A stretch of DNA of 57,317 nucleotides from an uncultured Verrucomicrobiae bacterium (GTDB taxonomy: Bacteria > Verrucomicrobiota > Verrucomicrobiia > Chthoniobacterales > Chthoniobacteraceae): NCBI GenBank assembly GCA_963836755.1, contig CAWIKF010000004.1:1-57317 (forward strand), in the 5' to 3' direction. Positions within the stretch are counted from its first letter, which is position 1; each line of letters begins with the position of its first letter. This document shows positions 1 through 11,481 of the stretch, in pieces. Under the pieces are notes generated by a model. That model ran no database searches. It was not told the DNA's origin and saw nothing but the letters and a program-made list of their open reading frames with translations. A program made the translations under genes and the position numbers.

Positions 1-30
1 TGCACGGGTTCGAATCCCGTAGGCGCTGCC
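1..30 (+). tRNA. 3' end of a tRNA (T-arm and acceptor strand; resembles tRNA-Glu), truncated by the window start
   Basis: CACGG-GTTCGAATC-CCGTAG T-arm (ACGGG/CCCGT stem, TTCGAAT loop) followed by GCGCTG CC. The anticodon is outside the window, so identity is tentative. No encoded CCA (reads CCC). Confidence 0.7.
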
Positions 31-185
31 CCCCTGAAAATGAGCAACTCAGACTGGTTACTCTCCCGAGTAACAACAAGTCCTGCATATTTGTTGAAGT
101 TTCTGACGTCACTCGTATCAAACATCATTGTTGAATTCTACGGAGCCCCAGCATGACTCTTCCGCGCTATGCGATTCGTTCACGA

Positions 186-1130
186 CTAAACCGCGTGCAG
201 AATTAGCGATTCCACATGCGCGGATGCAGCGGCCGCGAGACCGGCGAGATTGTAGCCGCCTTCAAGCACTGAAATTACGCGCCCGGACGCATGACGTTTT
301 GCAAAATCGAGCAACAGCCGCGTCAGGTCAGCGAAATCGTTGTCCGTCAATTTGAAGCCGCCGAGCGGATCGCCCAGGTGTGAATCGAAGCCGGCGGAGA
401 TCAACACGAGATCGGGACGAAATGTTTCAGCCGCGGGCAACAATTCTCTTTCGAATGCTTCGAAGATTTCCGCGCGCCCGGAGCCGGCCGGCAGCGGACA
501 ATTCAATGTCGCCCCCCTGCCCGCGCCCACGCCTCGCTCCTCGCGCGCACCGGTGCCGGGATACCACGGCGCCTGATGCGTGCTGAAAAAGAAGACTGTT
601 CCGTCCTCGTAAAAAATCTCCTGCGTTCCGTTCCCGTGATGGACATCCCAATCGACGATCAGCACTTTGTTGACGCCGCGCCGCCGCTGCGCGTAGCGCG
701 CCGCTAGTGCGACATTGTTTAAAATACAGAAACCCCTTCCGCGATGCGCGCTCGCGTGATGACCCGGCGGCCGGACCGCGCAAAAAGCATTTTGCACGCG
801 CCCGCTCATCACGGCATCAACCGCTTCCAATACCCCGCCTGCCGCTCGCAATGCCGCATGCCACGACTGTTCACAAACCTGCGTATCGCCGGTTCTTAAC
901 TCCACATGCCCATCGAGAATCTCATGCTCGGCGAGGCTCAGATAGTCGCTACCGTGACAAAGCAGCAATTCCTCACGCGACGCATCGCGAGCCTCGATCG
1001 GGACCAGTTTTTCCAACAGCCCGGCGTTTTTAAAACCACCCAGAACGGCATCAAAACGCGCCGGAGATTCCGGGTGACCAAAGCCGATCTCGTGCTGTTT
1101 GCAAAACGGATCGGCGACAAGTCCGGTCAT
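186..1130 (-). CDS. Zn-dependent histone deacetylase family protein (AcuC/AphA-like amidohydrolase)
   Basis: Motifs HPESPAR, RPPGHHA, GFC, DWDVHHGNGTQ, SAGFD, LEGGY. Start taken at ATG 1130 (MTGLVAD). Confidence 0.93.
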   Translation of the reverse strand: MTGLVADPFCKQHEIGFGHPESPARFDAVLGGFKNAGLLEKLVPIEARDASREELLLCHGSDYLSLAEHEILDGHVELRTGDTQVCEQSWHAALRAAGGVLEAVDAVMSGRVQNAFCAVRPPGHHASAHRGRGFCILNNVALAARYAQRRRGVNKVLIVDWDVHHGNGTQEIFYEDGTVFFFSTHQAPWYPGTGAREERGVGAGRGATLNCPLPAGSGRAEIFEAFERELLPAAETFRPDLVLISAGFDSHLGDPLGGFKLTDNDFADLTRLLLDFAKRHASGRVISVLEGGYNLAGLAAAASAHVESLILHAV

Positions 1131-1255
1131 AACTGTTCGCGGCCAGCACGGGCATGGCAAATTGCGCGTAGAAGTGGCCAAGCCATGAGCATCTCAACAA
1201 TCGCAGAGATGGGATGTTTTGGCAGTGGAAAAACCATGCCATTCGTCCACGAAGC

Positions 1256-1369
1256 ATCGTCGAGGAATTGCTCGGGCTTCATCCCTCCGACTGGACGCTT
1301 CTGCATCACACGACCGCTACGAAGTTGCGGCTCGCGCAGCTTGGAAATGTGATCCTCGTCGGACGCGGC
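1256..1369 (+). pseudogene. Internal fragment of a cytidylate-kinase-like family gene
   Basis: Translates IVEELLGLHPSDWTLLHHTTATKLRLAQLGNVILVGRG, recalled as the 'GNVILVGRG' segment of cytidylate-kinase-like proteins. No full gene around it. Confidence 0.5.
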
Positions 1370-1399
1370 TCAAAGTGCTCGCCGCGCACGAACGCCTTT

Positions 1400-3208
1400 T
1401 CACAGCCGTGCAATGAGCAGCTCGCGTTGGAAGAGCAGCTCCTTCGGTATTTCGTCATGAAGATTGATGAAGAGCTCGTCCTGCAAAAGCGCTTCGCGTT
1501 TCCATCCGGCGACGTCGATCGTGAGCGCTTTTTCCAATTCTGCGGCACCAAAGTTTTTCATGCCGGCGATGTCGATTCCTTCCGGCACCGGCATCCAGCC
1601 CAGCGGCGTTTCCTCTGCGTAAACCCGGCCGCCACAGCGGTCGATAATCCATTTCAGCACGCGCATGTTGTCGCCAAAACCGGGCCACAAGAACTTGCCC
1701 GCTTCATCTTTGCGAAACCAGTTTACATGGAAAATTTTCGGAGGGCGCTTGATGGTTCGGCGCATCCGCAGCCAATGCTTGAAATAGTCGCCCATGTTGT
1801 AACCGCAGAAAGGCAACATCGCGAATGGATCGCGCCGCACTTGGCCAAGCGTGCCTGCGGCCGCGGCGGTCATCTCGCTGCCCATCGTCGCGCCGACATA
1901 GACGCCGTGGATCCAGTTGAACGCCTGAAACACGAGCGGCATCGTCGTCGCGCGGCGTCCGCCAAACACGATCGCGGTGATCGGCACACCGGCGGGATCA
2001 TCCGCGGCAGAGTCGAGCGCCGGATTGTTCTGCATCGGCGCGGTGAAGCGCGAGTTGGCGTGGGCGGCGGGGCGTCCACAGCCCGACGTCCATTCTTTGG
2101 CAGTCCAATCGGTGAGCTTCCCGGGCGGCTCATCTGTCAATCCTTCCCACCAGACATCGCCATCTTCGGTCAGCGCGACGTTGGTGAAAATGGTGTCGCG
2201 CTCGCAGCATTTCAGCGCGTTCGGATTGCTCTTCGCCGAAGTGCCCGGCGCGACGCCAAAGTAGCCGCTCTCGGGATTGATCGCATAAAGCCGTCCATCC
2301 GCACCCGGCTTCAACCACGCGATGTCATCGCCGACCGTCGTGACTTTCCAATCGGCGAACTGCGGCGGTGGAATGAGCATCGCGAAATTCGTCTTCCCGC
2401 ATGCGCTTGGAAACGCGGCGGCAACGTAGCTTTTCTCGCCCTGCGGCGATTCGACGCCGACGATGAGCATGTGCTCCGCGAGCCAGCCTTCATCGCGCGC
2501 CATACACGATGCGATGCGTAGCGCGAAGCATTTTTTGCCGAGCAATGCGTTGCCGCCGTAGCCGCTGCCGTAGCTCCAGATAGAGCGTTCCTCGGGAAAA
2601 TGAACGATGTATTTTTCTTCCCGATTGCACGGCCACGGCACGTCTTTTTGTCCAGGCGAAAGCGGCGCGCCGACCGAATGCATGCACGGCACAAAATGGT
2701 CGCTGTCGCCGAGCGCGTCCCACACCGCGCTGCCCATCCGCGTCATGATTCGCATGTTCACCGCGACATACGGCGAATCGCTTAACTCGACGCCGATGTG
2801 CGAAATCGGCGAGCCGATCGGCCCCATCGAAAACGGGATGACATACATCGTCCGCCCGCGCATGCAGCCTTCGAAAAGTCCACGCATTGTCCTTTTCATC
2901 TCCGCTGGATCGCGCCAGTTATTGGTCGGGCCGGCGTCGTTTGGATTGCGGGAGCAGATGAAAGTGCGGTCTTCGACGCGCGCCACGTCGCTGGGATCGC
3001 TCCACGCGAGATAGCTGTTCGGCCGCTTCTCCGGGTTCAGCTTCTTGAAAGTGCCCGCCGCAACGAGCTGCGCGCAAAGCGCATCGTATTCAGCTTGGGA
3101 GCCGTCGCACCAAAACACCTGCTCCGGTGTGCAGAGTTCCGCCATTTCCGCCACCCACGCGACCACCACAGGATTATCGCAATTTTTTCGTCCGAGTTTT
3201 GTTGTCAT
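1400..3208 (-). CDS. pckG: Phosphoenolpyruvate carboxykinase (GTP)
   Basis: Motifs [66 protein letters not shown]; 602 aa from ATG 3208. Confidence 0.97.
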   Translation of the reverse strand: MTTKLGRKNCDNPVVVAWVAEMAELCTPEQVFWCDGSQAEYDALCAQLVAAGTFKKLNPEKRPNSYLAWSDPSDVARVEDRTFICSRNPNDAGPTNNWRDPAEMKRTMRGLFEGCMRGRTMYVIPFSMGPIGSPISHIGVELSDSPYVAVNMRIMTRMGSAVWDALGDSDHFVPCMHSVGAPLSPGQKDVPWPCNREEKYIVHFPEERSIWSYGSGYGGNALLGKKCFALRIASCMARDEGWLAEHMLIVGVESPQGEKSYVAAAFPSACGKTNFAMLIPPPQFADWKVTTVGDDIAWLKPGADGRLYAINPESGYFGVAPGTSAKSNPNALKCCERDTIFTNVALTEDGDVWWEGLTDEPPGKLTDWTAKEWTSGCGRPAAHANSRFTAPMQNNPALDSAADDPAGVPITAIVFGGRRATTMPLVFQAFNWIHGVYVGATMGSEMTAAAAGTLGQVRRDPFAMLPFCGYNMGDYFKHWLRMRRTIKRPPKIFHVNWFRKDEAGKFLWPGFGDNMRVLKWIIDRCGGRVYAEETPLGWMPVPEGIDIAGMKNFGAAELEKALTIDVAGWKREALLQDELFINLHDEIPKELLFQRELLIARL

Positions 3209-3344
3209 AGGTTCGTGCTGCTGGGCGAACTTTGCACCGACGCGCGCGGACCGACTACACGCTGCTTGGCGAAAGGTGGACGTTTGTTGCCATCCGGCTC
3301 CGCGACGTTGTTCCACTGTCCGTAACGAATTATCCTCGCAGGCA

Positions 3345-5006
3345 ATGCGTGCATTTTGTCCTGCGATTTTTCCGGCTCTCCGCGATTACCGTCGCGGCGA
3401 TTTTTTCGCTGATTTATCGGCTGGGCTGACGGTCGGCATCATCGCGCTGCCGCTGGCGATCGGCTTCGGCATCGCGTCCGGAGTGACTCCGCAACAAGGC
3501 CTCTGGACCGGCATCATCGCGGGTCTCGCAGTCGCGCTGCTCGGCGGTTCGCGTTTCCAAATCGCGGGGCCGACCGGCGCGTTTGTGCCGGTTCTTTTTT
3601 CCATCGTCGCGCAGCACGGTTACGGCGGACTTGCGCTCGCGACGCTGATGGCCGGCGTGATGCTGATCGTCCTCGGCGCGCTGAAAATGGGACGGCTCTT
3701 GAAATTTTTTCCGTATCCCGTCGTCGCCGGTTTCACGAGTGGCATCGCGGTCATTATTTTCTGCGGGCAGTTGAATGAGTTTCTCGGTCTCGGATTAAAA
3801 ATGCCCGAGCATGTGCCGCAGCAGCTCGCGGTTCTGGGGTCCCAACTGCGCGGCGTGAATTGGCACGCGCTCGGCATCGGTGCGCTTTCGCTCGCGATTT
3901 TGTATTTGTGGCCGCGCCTCACCAAACGTGTCCCGGCGAGCATCGTCGCGGTCGTCGTCACGGCGCTCGTTGCCCATTTTTGCGCGTGGCAGGTCGCGAC
4001 CATCGGCAGCAAGTTCGGCGGCGTTCCGTCCGGTTTGCCAGGCTGGCATTTCCCGGCAATCTCGATCGATGCGATGCGCGATTTGATGGCGCCCGCTTTC
4101 ACCATCGCCGCGCTCGGCGCAATCGAATCGCTCCTCTCCGCGATGGTCGCCGACGGCATGGCGGACACACATCACGATCCGAACCAGGAACTTTTTGCGC
4201 AGGGCATCGCGAATATTTTGTGCCCGTTCGCCGGTGGCATTGCCGCGACCGGCGCGATCGCGCGCACCGCCGCGAACATTCGTAACGGCGCACGCACACC
4301 CATTGCCGGCGTGATTCACTCGCTCGTGCTGCTGCTCGTCGCGCTCGTCGCCGCGCCGCTTGCGCGCTACATTCCACTCGCGGCGTTAAGCGCAATTTTA
4401 CTGACGGTCGCGATTCGCATGGCCGAGTGGCACACGTGGATCGAGCTGTGGCGCGGCCCGCGGAGCGACTTCGGCGTGATGGCCGCGGCGTTCGGGCTGA
4501 CGGTAATTTTTGATCTCACCATCGGCGTCGGCGCGGGATTGATGATGGCCACCGTGCTGTTTCTTCGCCAGATGGAAGCCGTCACGCACATTCGCATCGT
4601 CACACCTGAGAGCGAGCCGGAAGGAGTCGGCAGCCACAGCATCCGCGGCAAGGACGTGCCCGCCGGCGTAGTGCTCTATCGCATCGAGGGGCCACTGTTT
4701 TTCGCGGCTGCCGAGAAACTAGAGCACGCACTGCGCGGCTCCGGTGGCGAGCCGAAGGTGATCATTTTCCGGATGCGCAATGTGCCCGCGATGGATGCGA
4801 GCGGGTTGCACGCGTTCGAAGTGGCGATTGGAAAATTGCACCGCGACGGCGTGAAAATCATCCTCACCGCCGTCCAGCCGCAGCCGATGAAAGTGATGTT
4901 CGAGTCGGGACTTGTTGATCGCCTCGGCGAACAAAAATTCTGCGCTGACCTCGACGAGGCGCTGGCGAAAGCGCGGCGGCTTTTAGCGGAAAAGCAGCAC
5001 GATTAA
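3345..5006 (+). CDS. SulP/SLC26 family anion permease with C-terminal STAS domain
   Basis: [57 protein letters not shown]; many hydrophobic helices. Confidence 0.95.
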   Translation: MRAFCPAIFPALRDYRRGDFFADLSAGLTVGIIALPLAIGFGIASGVTPQQGLWTGIIAGLAVALLGGSRFQIAGPTGAFVPVLFSIVAQHGYGGLALATLMAGVMLIVLGALKMGRLLKFFPYPVVAGFTSGIAVIIFCGQLNEFLGLGLKMPEHVPQQLAVLGSQLRGVNWHALGIGALSLAILYLWPRLTKRVPASIVAVVVTALVAHFCAWQVATIGSKFGGVPSGLPGWHFPAISIDAMRDLMAPAFTIAALGAIESLLSAMVADGMADTHHDPNQELFAQGIANILCPFAGGIAATGAIARTAANIRNGARTPIAGVIHSLVLLLVALVAAPLARYIPLAALSAILLTVAIRMAEWHTWIELWRGPRSDFGVMAAAFGLTVIFDLTIGVGAGLMMATVLFLRQMEAVTHIRIVTPESEPEGVGSHSIRGKDVPAGVVLYRIEGPLFFAAAEKLEHALRGSGGEPKVIIFRMRNVPAMDASGLHAFEVAIGKLHRDGVKIILTAVQPQPMKVMFESGLVDRLGEQKFCADLDEALAKARRLLAEKQHD

Positions 5007-6656
5007 CTGCGCGACGAGGATGCGCAGCAGCATCGTGAACGGATAGACGGCGGCGTAAGCAACAGAAGGAGCGTCGGAGCCGGCGATGTTGTTGGCGAAG
5101 GCGAGCGCGGGCGGATCGGTCATGCTGCCGGCGAGCAGACCGCAGAGGTTCATGAAATTTTGCTTCAAAAAAATCCGCGCGATGAAGCCGACGATTATCA
5201 GCGGCAGCACCGTGATCAGCGCGGCGCAGCCCATCCACAGCACGCCGTCGCCATGCACCAGAATGTCCACAAAGCGATCACCCGCTTTCAACCCGACACA
5301 CGCGAGAAACAGCACGATGCCGAGTTCGCGCAGTGCGATATTCGCGCTCACCGGCATATACCACACGAGCGGACCGATGCGCCCGATGCGGCTCAAAAAC
5401 AGTGCCGCGACGAGCGGGCCGCCCGCCATCCCGAGCGAGACGGGCGCGGGCATTCCGGCGATTTGAATCGGATAACTTCCGAGCAACACTCCGAGCGCGA
5501 TGCCGATGAACACAGGGATGAAATGCGTGTGATCGAGCCGCTTGAGCGAGTTGCCGAGCGCGCTCGCCGCCTCTTCGATCGCGTTCTTTCCACCGACGAC
5601 GCGCACCCGATCGCCGAACTGCAATCGCAAATCCGCGACCGCCGTCATCTCGTGTTCGGCGCGCGTCACGCGGCTCACGGTGACGCCGTAAAGATGATCG
5701 AGTCCGAGTTCGCGCAACGATTTACCGAGCACCTCGTCGCGTGTTACGACCGCCGTGCGATAGCCGAGATGGCCGCGCGCTTTCATCAAATCGCGATGAC
5801 TTTCCGTGCCGACAATCAGCCGAAATTTTTCCAGCGCCGCGCGGGTGCCGACAGCAAGCAACGTGTCGCCGCGATGCACCAGAGTTTCGCCGAGCGCAGT
5901 CGCCACTTCGTCTTCACCGGCATGCTCGACGCGCGAAACGATTACGCCCAGTTCAGCCTTTCCGGGCAGATCGCGGATCATCACGCCGTTCAAATTCGCA
6001 TTGTCCACTTTGATGCTCATTCGCTCGAGATTTTCGCCGCTGGTCTGATGTTCTTTTTTAAAAGCGTCCGCTTCGCGCTGGGGATGCACACGGAAAATCC
6101 AGCGTAGAAAAAGCATCGCAAAAATAATCCCGACAATGCCGAACGGATATGCCGCCGCGTAAGCCAGACCCGGCATTGCGGCTTCTGCGGGCGTGACGCC
6201 GTGAATGCTTTTCAGCGCTTCCTGCGCTGCGCCGAGCGATGGTGTGTTCGTCGTCGCGCCGCTGAAAAGTCCGACCACGGCAGCGATCGGAATTTTTTTC
6301 AAATGACCTGCGCCGAGCGCGATCGCAGCGCCGAGCAGGACGATCGTCGCGGCCATGAGATTGAGCGGCAGACCTTGTTTGCGCAGCGAGTTCAAAAAGC
6401 CCGGACCGACTTGCATGCCGATCGTGTAAACAAACAGAACGAGTCCAAATTCGCGCACGAATTCCAAGACAGTGTGATCGATCGTATGTCCAAAATGCGC
6501 GACGAAAATCCCCGCGAAGAGCACCCCAGCGATGCCAAGTCCGACGCCGCGAATCTTCACGGTGCCAAGCGTGAGGCCGAGCACCGCCACGACTGCGAGC
6601 ACGAGCATCGAATGCGCGACAGGATGTAACGAAGCGAAATCAGTGAGCCAGTTCAT
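4983..6656 (-). CDS. AspT/YidE/YbjL family transporter with two TrkA-C domains
   Basis: GLVLFVYTIGMQVGPGF, GATTNTPSLGA, GGPLVAAL, GSMTDPPAL and duplicated membrane halves. Start ATG 6656. Confidence 0.93.
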   Translation of the reverse strand: MNWLTDFASLHPVAHSMLVLAVVAVLGLTLGTVKIRGVGLGIAGVLFAGIFVAHFGHTIDHTVLEFVREFGLVLFVYTIGMQVGPGFLNSLRKQGLPLNLMAATIVLLGAAIALGAGHLKKIPIAAVVGLFSGATTNTPSLGAAQEALKSIHGVTPAEAAMPGLAYAAAYPFGIVGIIFAMLFLRWIFRVHPQREADAFKKEHQTSGENLERMSIKVDNANLNGVMIRDLPGKAELGVIVSRVEHAGEDEVATALGETLVHRGDTLLAVGTRAALEKFRLIVGTESHRDLMKARGHLGYRTAVVTRDEVLGKSLRELGLDHLYGVTVSRVTRAEHEMTAVADLRLQFGDRVRVVGGKNAIEEAASALGNSLKRLDHTHFIPVFIGIALGVLLGSYPIQIAGMPAPVSLGMAGGPLVAALFLSRIGRIGPLVWYMPVSANIALRELGIVLFLACVGLKAGDRFVDILVHGDGVLWMGCAALITVLPLIIVGFIARIFLKQNFMNLCGLLAGSMTDPPALAFANNIAGSDAPSVAYAAVYPFTMLLRILVAQLIVLLFR

Positions 6657-6687
6657 ATATGTAAAATGCGATCTTCCTTTCTCACGA

Positions 6688-7731
6688 TCACACTCCGCGA
6701 CAACCCGCGATGAACGTCCGGATATTCTCCGACGTCGCGTGGTTGATCCGCTCGATCGCCTCGACACTGTTGTAGGCGATGTGCGGTGTGAACACGACGT
6801 TCGGATGTGCCAGCAAATCGCTGTTGTGCATCAATTCGCGCAGCTCGCGTGCCCGCTCCTCTGCTTGCTCGAGCGGTTCAACAGGCGCGAACGATTCGCC
6901 CAGACGCGCCATGATTTGATCGCTGATAATGTCCGATGCCTTCTTCCGCATCACGCGTTCTTCTTCGAGCACGTCGAGACCTGCGCCGCCCACGATCCCG
7001 GCATTGAGCGCTTCGATGAGCGCATCGGTGTCGATGATGCGTCCGCGCGCCGTGTTGATGATGACGACTCCCTTCCGGCATTTGGCGAAAGTCTCTCGGT
7101 TAAACATGTGAAACGTCTCCGGCGTGAGAGGCACATTGATCGAGATGAAATGCGAGCGCGCAAAAAGATCGTCGAGCGTCACGTAATCGAAGCTGATCTG
7201 CGCGGCGACCTGTGCGTCCGCGCTGATGTCAAAAGCGACTGCTTTCATTCCGAACGCCCTCGCGAGCCGCAGCGTCTGCCGTCCGATGCGTCCCGCGCCG
7301 ATCACGCCGAATGTTTTTCCATGCAGTTCCGTGCTGCGCAGCGCGGCGCACGAAAACATCCGCTTGCTATTGATCTCCATCGCCAGCCGGAGCTTTCGGC
7401 AAACTGCGAGCAGCAACGCAAACGTATGTTCAGAAACCGTATGATCGCCGTAGCTGCCAACGCCACGAACCTGCACACCGCGTCGGACGCAAGCGCCAGG
7501 ATCAATATGATCGGACGTCGTCGAGCGCGTCGCGATCAGCTTCAGCGCGGGATGCGCAGACAGGAAAACCGCGTCGATTTTCGAGTGAATGAAAATCGAA
7601 AGCACCTCCGCATCGCCTTCGACTTCATCGAGCGAGCTGCAAAAATCGAGATCATCATTCGCGAATTCGTTCTCAAAAAACTCCTGCTCCGGCGGCTCCG
7701 TTTCCAGAAAACACATCTTCATTTCGTTCAA
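6688..7731 (-). CDS. D-isomer-specific 2-hydroxyacid dehydrogenase (D-lactate dehydrogenase-like)
   Basis: GVIGAGRIG Rossmann motif, INTARG, GLDVLEEE, TPHIAY. Confidence 0.92.
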   Translation of the reverse strand: MNEMKMCFLETEPPEQEFFENEFANDDLDFCSSLDEVEGDAEVLSIFIHSKIDAVFLSAHPALKLIATRSTTSDHIDPGACVRRGVQVRGVGSYGDHTVSEHTFALLLAVCRKLRLAMEINSKRMFSCAALRSTELHGKTFGVIGAGRIGRQTLRLARAFGMKAVAFDISADAQVAAQISFDYVTLDDLFARSHFISINVPLTPETFHMFNRETFAKCRKGVVIINTARGRIIDTDALIEALNAGIVGGAGLDVLEEERVMRKKASDIISDQIMARLGESFAPVEPLEQAEERARELRELMHNSDLLAHPNVVFTPHIAYNSVEAIERINHATSENIRTFIAGCRGV

Positions 7732-7824
7732 CCAAAATACCTCGCGGAGTGAATCATGCGATAACCGCCGATTGCCCGATCATTCTCCGATTTTGTCCAA
7801 GACCGCGACGGCGGCTTCGTTAAC

Positions 7825-10551
7825 TCACAAGAAAATCTCGGCCTCACATTCATCAGCATCCGCGGTGAGGCGGACAGAGAACCCGACTTTCTTCGCGACC
7901 TTCTGCATACCGGTGTTGTCAGCCAAAATGTGGCCGACGATGCGCGAGAGGTTTTCGTCGCGGCCGATTTGCACGAGCTTCTTGAGCAGTTCTGTGCCAA
8001 GCCCATGCTGCTGCCATTGATCGCTGATGACGATAGCGAACTCCGCTTCGTCCAGACCGTGCGCTTTGCTCAGGCGGCCCACGCCAAGGATTTCGCGGGT
8101 GCCGCTGCGCGGATTTTTGCGGTCAACGACCAGTGCGATTTCGCGGTCGTAATCGTTGAAACAAATGCGGGTAAGCCGCTCGTGCGCGATGCGTTGCTCC
8201 AGCGCGAGCATCCCGAAGTAGCGAGAATGCACGCTGCTTTCGGAGAGCGTCTTGTGGAATTCAATCATCGACGGCTCGTCCTCTGGACGGATGGGACGGA
8301 TCGTGACCGATGCGCCGTTCTTTAACGTCCACGGCATCACATATTGCGTCGGATAGGGACGAATCGCGAGCGTCGGCAGATTTTCGGCGCGCACCTCCGC
8401 AGGTTGCACGACCACGCGCGCATCAAGCGCGATGAAGCCGTCGTCGCCGGACGCGAGCAGCGGATTGATGTCGATTTCGGAAATCCAGCGCTGCTCGACG
8501 ACGAGCTGGCTGAAGCGCACAAGCAATTGCGCGAGTGCGTCGAGATCGACGGCCTTGCGTCCGCGCACGCCTTTGAGCGCGCCGTAGATTTTTGTTTGTT
8601 CCATCATGCGGCGCGCGAGCGTGGCCGTGAGCGGCGGCAGGCCAAGCGCGCGGTCTTTGAAAATTTCCACCAGTTGGCCGCCCGCGCCGAAGAGGAGCAC
8701 CGGTCCGAACTGCGGGTCGAGGCTGCTGCCGAGGATGAACTCGAAGCCATCACGCGCGATCATCGGCTGCACGGTCACGCCGGAAAAAGCGTCGCTTCCG
8801 TGTTTCGAACGCACCGATTCTTCGATCTCGCGATAGGCGCGGCGGATTGTGGCCGCGCCGCGCAGATTCAGCTTCACGCCGCCGACATCGGATTTGTGGG
8901 TGATCGTTTTCGAATAAAGTTTCAGCACAACCGGAAAGCCGAATTCGTTCGCGAGTTCGAGCGCCTCCTCCTCATTCGTCGCAACGCGCGTCGGCACGGT
9001 CGGAATGCTATAAGCTGCCAGAATTTGCTTCGATTCGTCCTCAGTCAAAATCGTCCGCTTCGCTTTCCGCGCGGCTTGCACGATTTCATTTGCCCGAACG
9101 TGATTCGGCCCGTCCGCGGCATTGGTAAGCGCGGGCGTTTCGTAAAGCGCTCGCAGATTCTGGCTGTAGCGCCACATGTATTCAAAGGCACGCGCGGCGC
9201 GGTCAGGATATTTGAAACTTGGGATGCTCGCGCGATTCAAAATTTCCTCGCCGGCTTCGACCTCGTGACCGCCCATCCACGCGGCGAGCAAGGGTTTATC
9301 GGACTTCGCGAGGGATACAAGTTTTTCGGCCGTCGCTGTTGCGTCGGTCATGGCTTGCGGTGTCAGGACTACGAGCACGCCGTCCGTGTTCGGATCGCGC
9401 TGCAAAATATCGACCGACTTTCCGTAAACTTCAGCACTCGCGTCGCCGAGAATATCGACGGGATTGTTGTGGCTCCAATGCGGCGGAAGCATGTCGTTAA
9501 ATGCCGCGACCGACTCTGGCGAAAGCTCCGCGAGTTCGCCACCACTGCTCACGAGCATGTCGGTTGCAAGTCCCGCAGGCCCGCCGCCGTTCGTCAGGAT
9601 CGCGAGCCGCGGCCCGCGCGGACGCGGCTGTTTGCCGAGCACCTCGGCCATGTCAAACAATTCGCCGATGGTGTTCACGCGCAGCACGCCCGCGCGCCGG
9701 AACGCGGCGTCGAGCACTTCATCACTGCCCGTGAGCGAACCGGTATGCGATGCAGCCGCGCGCGCCGCCGCCGCGGTGCGTCCGACTTTGATCACGATGA
9801 TCGGTTTCGTCAGCGAGACCTCGCGCGCCGCCGAGAGAAACGCGCGCGCATCACCGATCGTCTCCATGTAAATCACGATGCTCTTTGTGTGCGGATCGTC
9901 GCCGAGCTGGTAAATCAAATCGCCCCAGCCGACATCGAGCATCGAGCCGATGGAAACGAACGCGCTGAAGCCTACGTTTTCGCGCAGGCTCCAATCGAGG
10001 ACCGCCGTGCAAAGTGCGCCACTCTGGCTGAGAAAGGCGACGCTTCCGGTTAGCGCCATGCCCGCGGCAAAGGTGGCGTTCAAACCCGCGTGCGGGATCA
10101 TCACGCCGAGGCAGTTTGGCCCGATGATCCGCATAGCGCCTTGATTCGCGAGGATTTGCTTTTCCAATTCCACGCCCGCCGCGCCGGTTTCCTTGAAGCC
10201 GGCGGAAATGATGACGAGGCCTTTGACGCCCGCTTTTGCGCATTCGTCGACCATGCCGGGAACGGTCGCCGCAGGAATAACGACAACCGCGAGATCGACT
10301 TCGCCGGGCGTTTCCGAAATGCGCGGATACGCTTTGTGTCCGAGCACGGTTTCGCGCTTTGGATTGATCGGATAAATCGCGCCTCCGAACGGCTGCGCGG
10401 TCAGGTTTGCCAAAATGGTCCTGCCGACGCTACCAGGCTTTTCCGTCGCGCCAATCAACGCCACGGATTTTGGCCCGAACATGGTGTCGAGCACCGGTCG
10501 TCGTGCGCGCAAGATGTCCTGCGCACGGTCTGCGCGATGATGACTTCTCAT
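7825..10551 (-). CDS. ADP-forming acyl(acetate)-CoA ligase family protein fused to a C-terminal GNAT acetyltransferase (Pat/YfiQ-like architecture)
   Basis: CoA-binding [32 protein letters not shown]-grasp [23 protein letters not shown] with [13 protein letters not shown] 10551 overlaps the upstream stop (ATGA). Confidence 0.95.
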   Translation of the reverse strand: MRSHHRADRAQDILRARRPVLDTMFGPKSVALIGATEKPGSVGRTILANLTAQPFGGAIYPINPKRETVLGHKAYPRISETPGEVDLAVVVIPAATVPGMVDECAKAGVKGLVIISAGFKETGAAGVELEKQILANQGAMRIIGPNCLGVMIPHAGLNATFAAGMALTGSVAFLSQSGALCTAVLDWSLRENVGFSAFVSIGSMLDVGWGDLIYQLGDDPHTKSIVIYMETIGDARAFLSAAREVSLTKPIIVIKVGRTAAAARAAASHTGSLTGSDEVLDAAFRRAGVLRVNTIGELFDMAEVLGKQPRPRGPRLAILTNGGGPAGLATDMLVSSGGELAELSPESVAAFNDMLPPHWSHNNPVDILGDASAEVYGKSVDILQRDPNTDGVLVVLTPQAMTDATATAEKLVSLAKSDKPLLAAWMGGHEVEAGEEILNRASIPSFKYPDRAARAFEYMWRYSQNLRALYETPALTNAADGPNHVRANEIVQAARKAKRTILTEDESKQILAAYSIPTVPTRVATNEEEALELANEFGFPVVLKLYSKTITHKSDVGGVKLNLRGAATIRRAYREIEESVRSKHGSDAFSGVTVQPMIARDGFEFILGSSLDPQFGPVLLFGAGGQLVEIFKDRALGLPPLTATLARRMMEQTKIYGALKGVRGRKAVDLDALAQLLVRFSQLVVEQRWISEIDINPLLASGDDGFIALDARVVVQPAEVRAENLPTLAIRPYPTQYVMPWTLKNGASVTIRPIRPEDEPSMIEFHKTLSESSVHSRYFGMLALEQRIAHERLTRICFNDYDREIALVVDRKNPRSGTREILGVGRLSKAHGLDEAEFAIVISDQWQQHGLGTELLKKLVQIGRDENLSRIVGHILADNTGMQKVAKKVGFSVRLTADADECEAEIFL

Positions 10552-11000
10552 TGAGGATTCACCAGTTTCAGGCGCGCCGCTCGCAAACGTTGCGAGAGCA
10601 CTTCCGCAACGCGCAGCACAAGCACATAACCGAATTCCGGGAACTCTTTCGCCTTTGCACGAAGCTGGTCTGCACGAAACGCGATGACCACGGTCCCCGC
10701 AATTGCCCGAGCGCCAAAATGCCACCGGAAAGGCGGAAACAACCATGACCAGCCGAGTGCATCGCCGGTCCCGATCGTTTGGATTGTCGTCGTTCCCCGA
10801 TCCAGAACCGACGTTTCAAGTGCGACCCGGCCTTCGTGAATCAGGTAGAAATGATCCGCCGTTTCGCGTTCATGGAATATCCACTCATCGGCTTCAAACC
10901 GAACGAGTGACGCTGCTTCGCGAAGCACCGGCAAGTAGCGCTCGTCGAAGTCCTCGAGAAACGGATGCGCTGCGATCACTGTTTCAAGTCTCTCGATCAC
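10548..11000 (-). CDS. Stand-alone cyclic-nucleotide-binding domain protein (no HTH)
   Basis: [34 protein letters not shown] start at 11000 preceded by AAGGAGG. Confidence 0.88.
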   Translation of the reverse strand: MIERLETVIAAHPFLEDFDERYLPVLREAASLVRFEADEWIFHERETADHFYLIHEGRVALETSVLDRGTTTIQTIGTGDALGWSWLFPPFRWHFGARAIAGTVVIAFRADQLRAKAKEFPEFGYVLVLRVAEVLSQRLRAARLKLVNPQ

Positions 11001-11481
11001 CGACCTCCTTCCATGTTTCGAAGCTGCGAGCGCCACAGACAGTGGCCAGTCGAGATTGGGCTGCCTGCAATCTGAGGGCGAGCACTCGCGCCACACGCCG
11101 GAGCAGTTCAGAGCCGAGACGCGGGTCATTTTCACACTCATCGCGGAGTCGTTTCGCATCGATTATCAGCGCATGCGTTGCCATCGTCGCGCGGGCAGTG
11201 AGGTGCCAGACGAACGGCTCGAACAACCATGACCAACCGAGAGCTTCGCCAGCTCCCACTGTTTGGACAAAGATCCTGCTGCGTCCATGAATCTCCGCCT
11301 CAACCGCGACCTTCCCGCTTTCGATCAAGTAGAACCAATTCGCCGGATCACCTTCGCGGAAGACGAGATGATCTGGAGGAAAATGGATGCTATTGGCGAG
11401 TTTTCCAATCGTGCGGAGATGATCTTCGCGCATCCCCGCGAAGAATGGATGTTTGGTGGGAGTTGATTCAAGCAGTTGCAT
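10984..11481 (-). CDS. Stand-alone cyclic-nucleotide-binding domain protein (paralog of the adjacent gene)
   Basis: [38 protein letters not shown] 11481 preceded by AGAAAGGAAG. Confidence 0.88.
   Translation of the reverse strand: MQLLESTPTKHPFFAGMREDHLRTIGKLANSIHFPPDHLVFREGDPANWFYLIESGKVAVEAEIHGRSRIFVQTVGAGEALGWSWLFEPFVWHLTARATMATHALIIDAKRLRDECENDPRLGSELLRRVARVLALRLQAAQSRLATVCGARSFETWKEVGDRET

Noticed and set aside
1214..2521. 435-aa + strand ORF
   Set aside because: Antisense shadow of pckG; only its first ~50 codons carry the separate gene fragment noted above.
8344..10053. 569-aa + strand ORF and similar long overlapping ORFs (6532-7752, 35090-36343, 39541-40650, 55892-57010)
   Set aside because: Antisense or alternate-frame shadows of well-supported genes in GC-rich DNA, with no motifs of their own.
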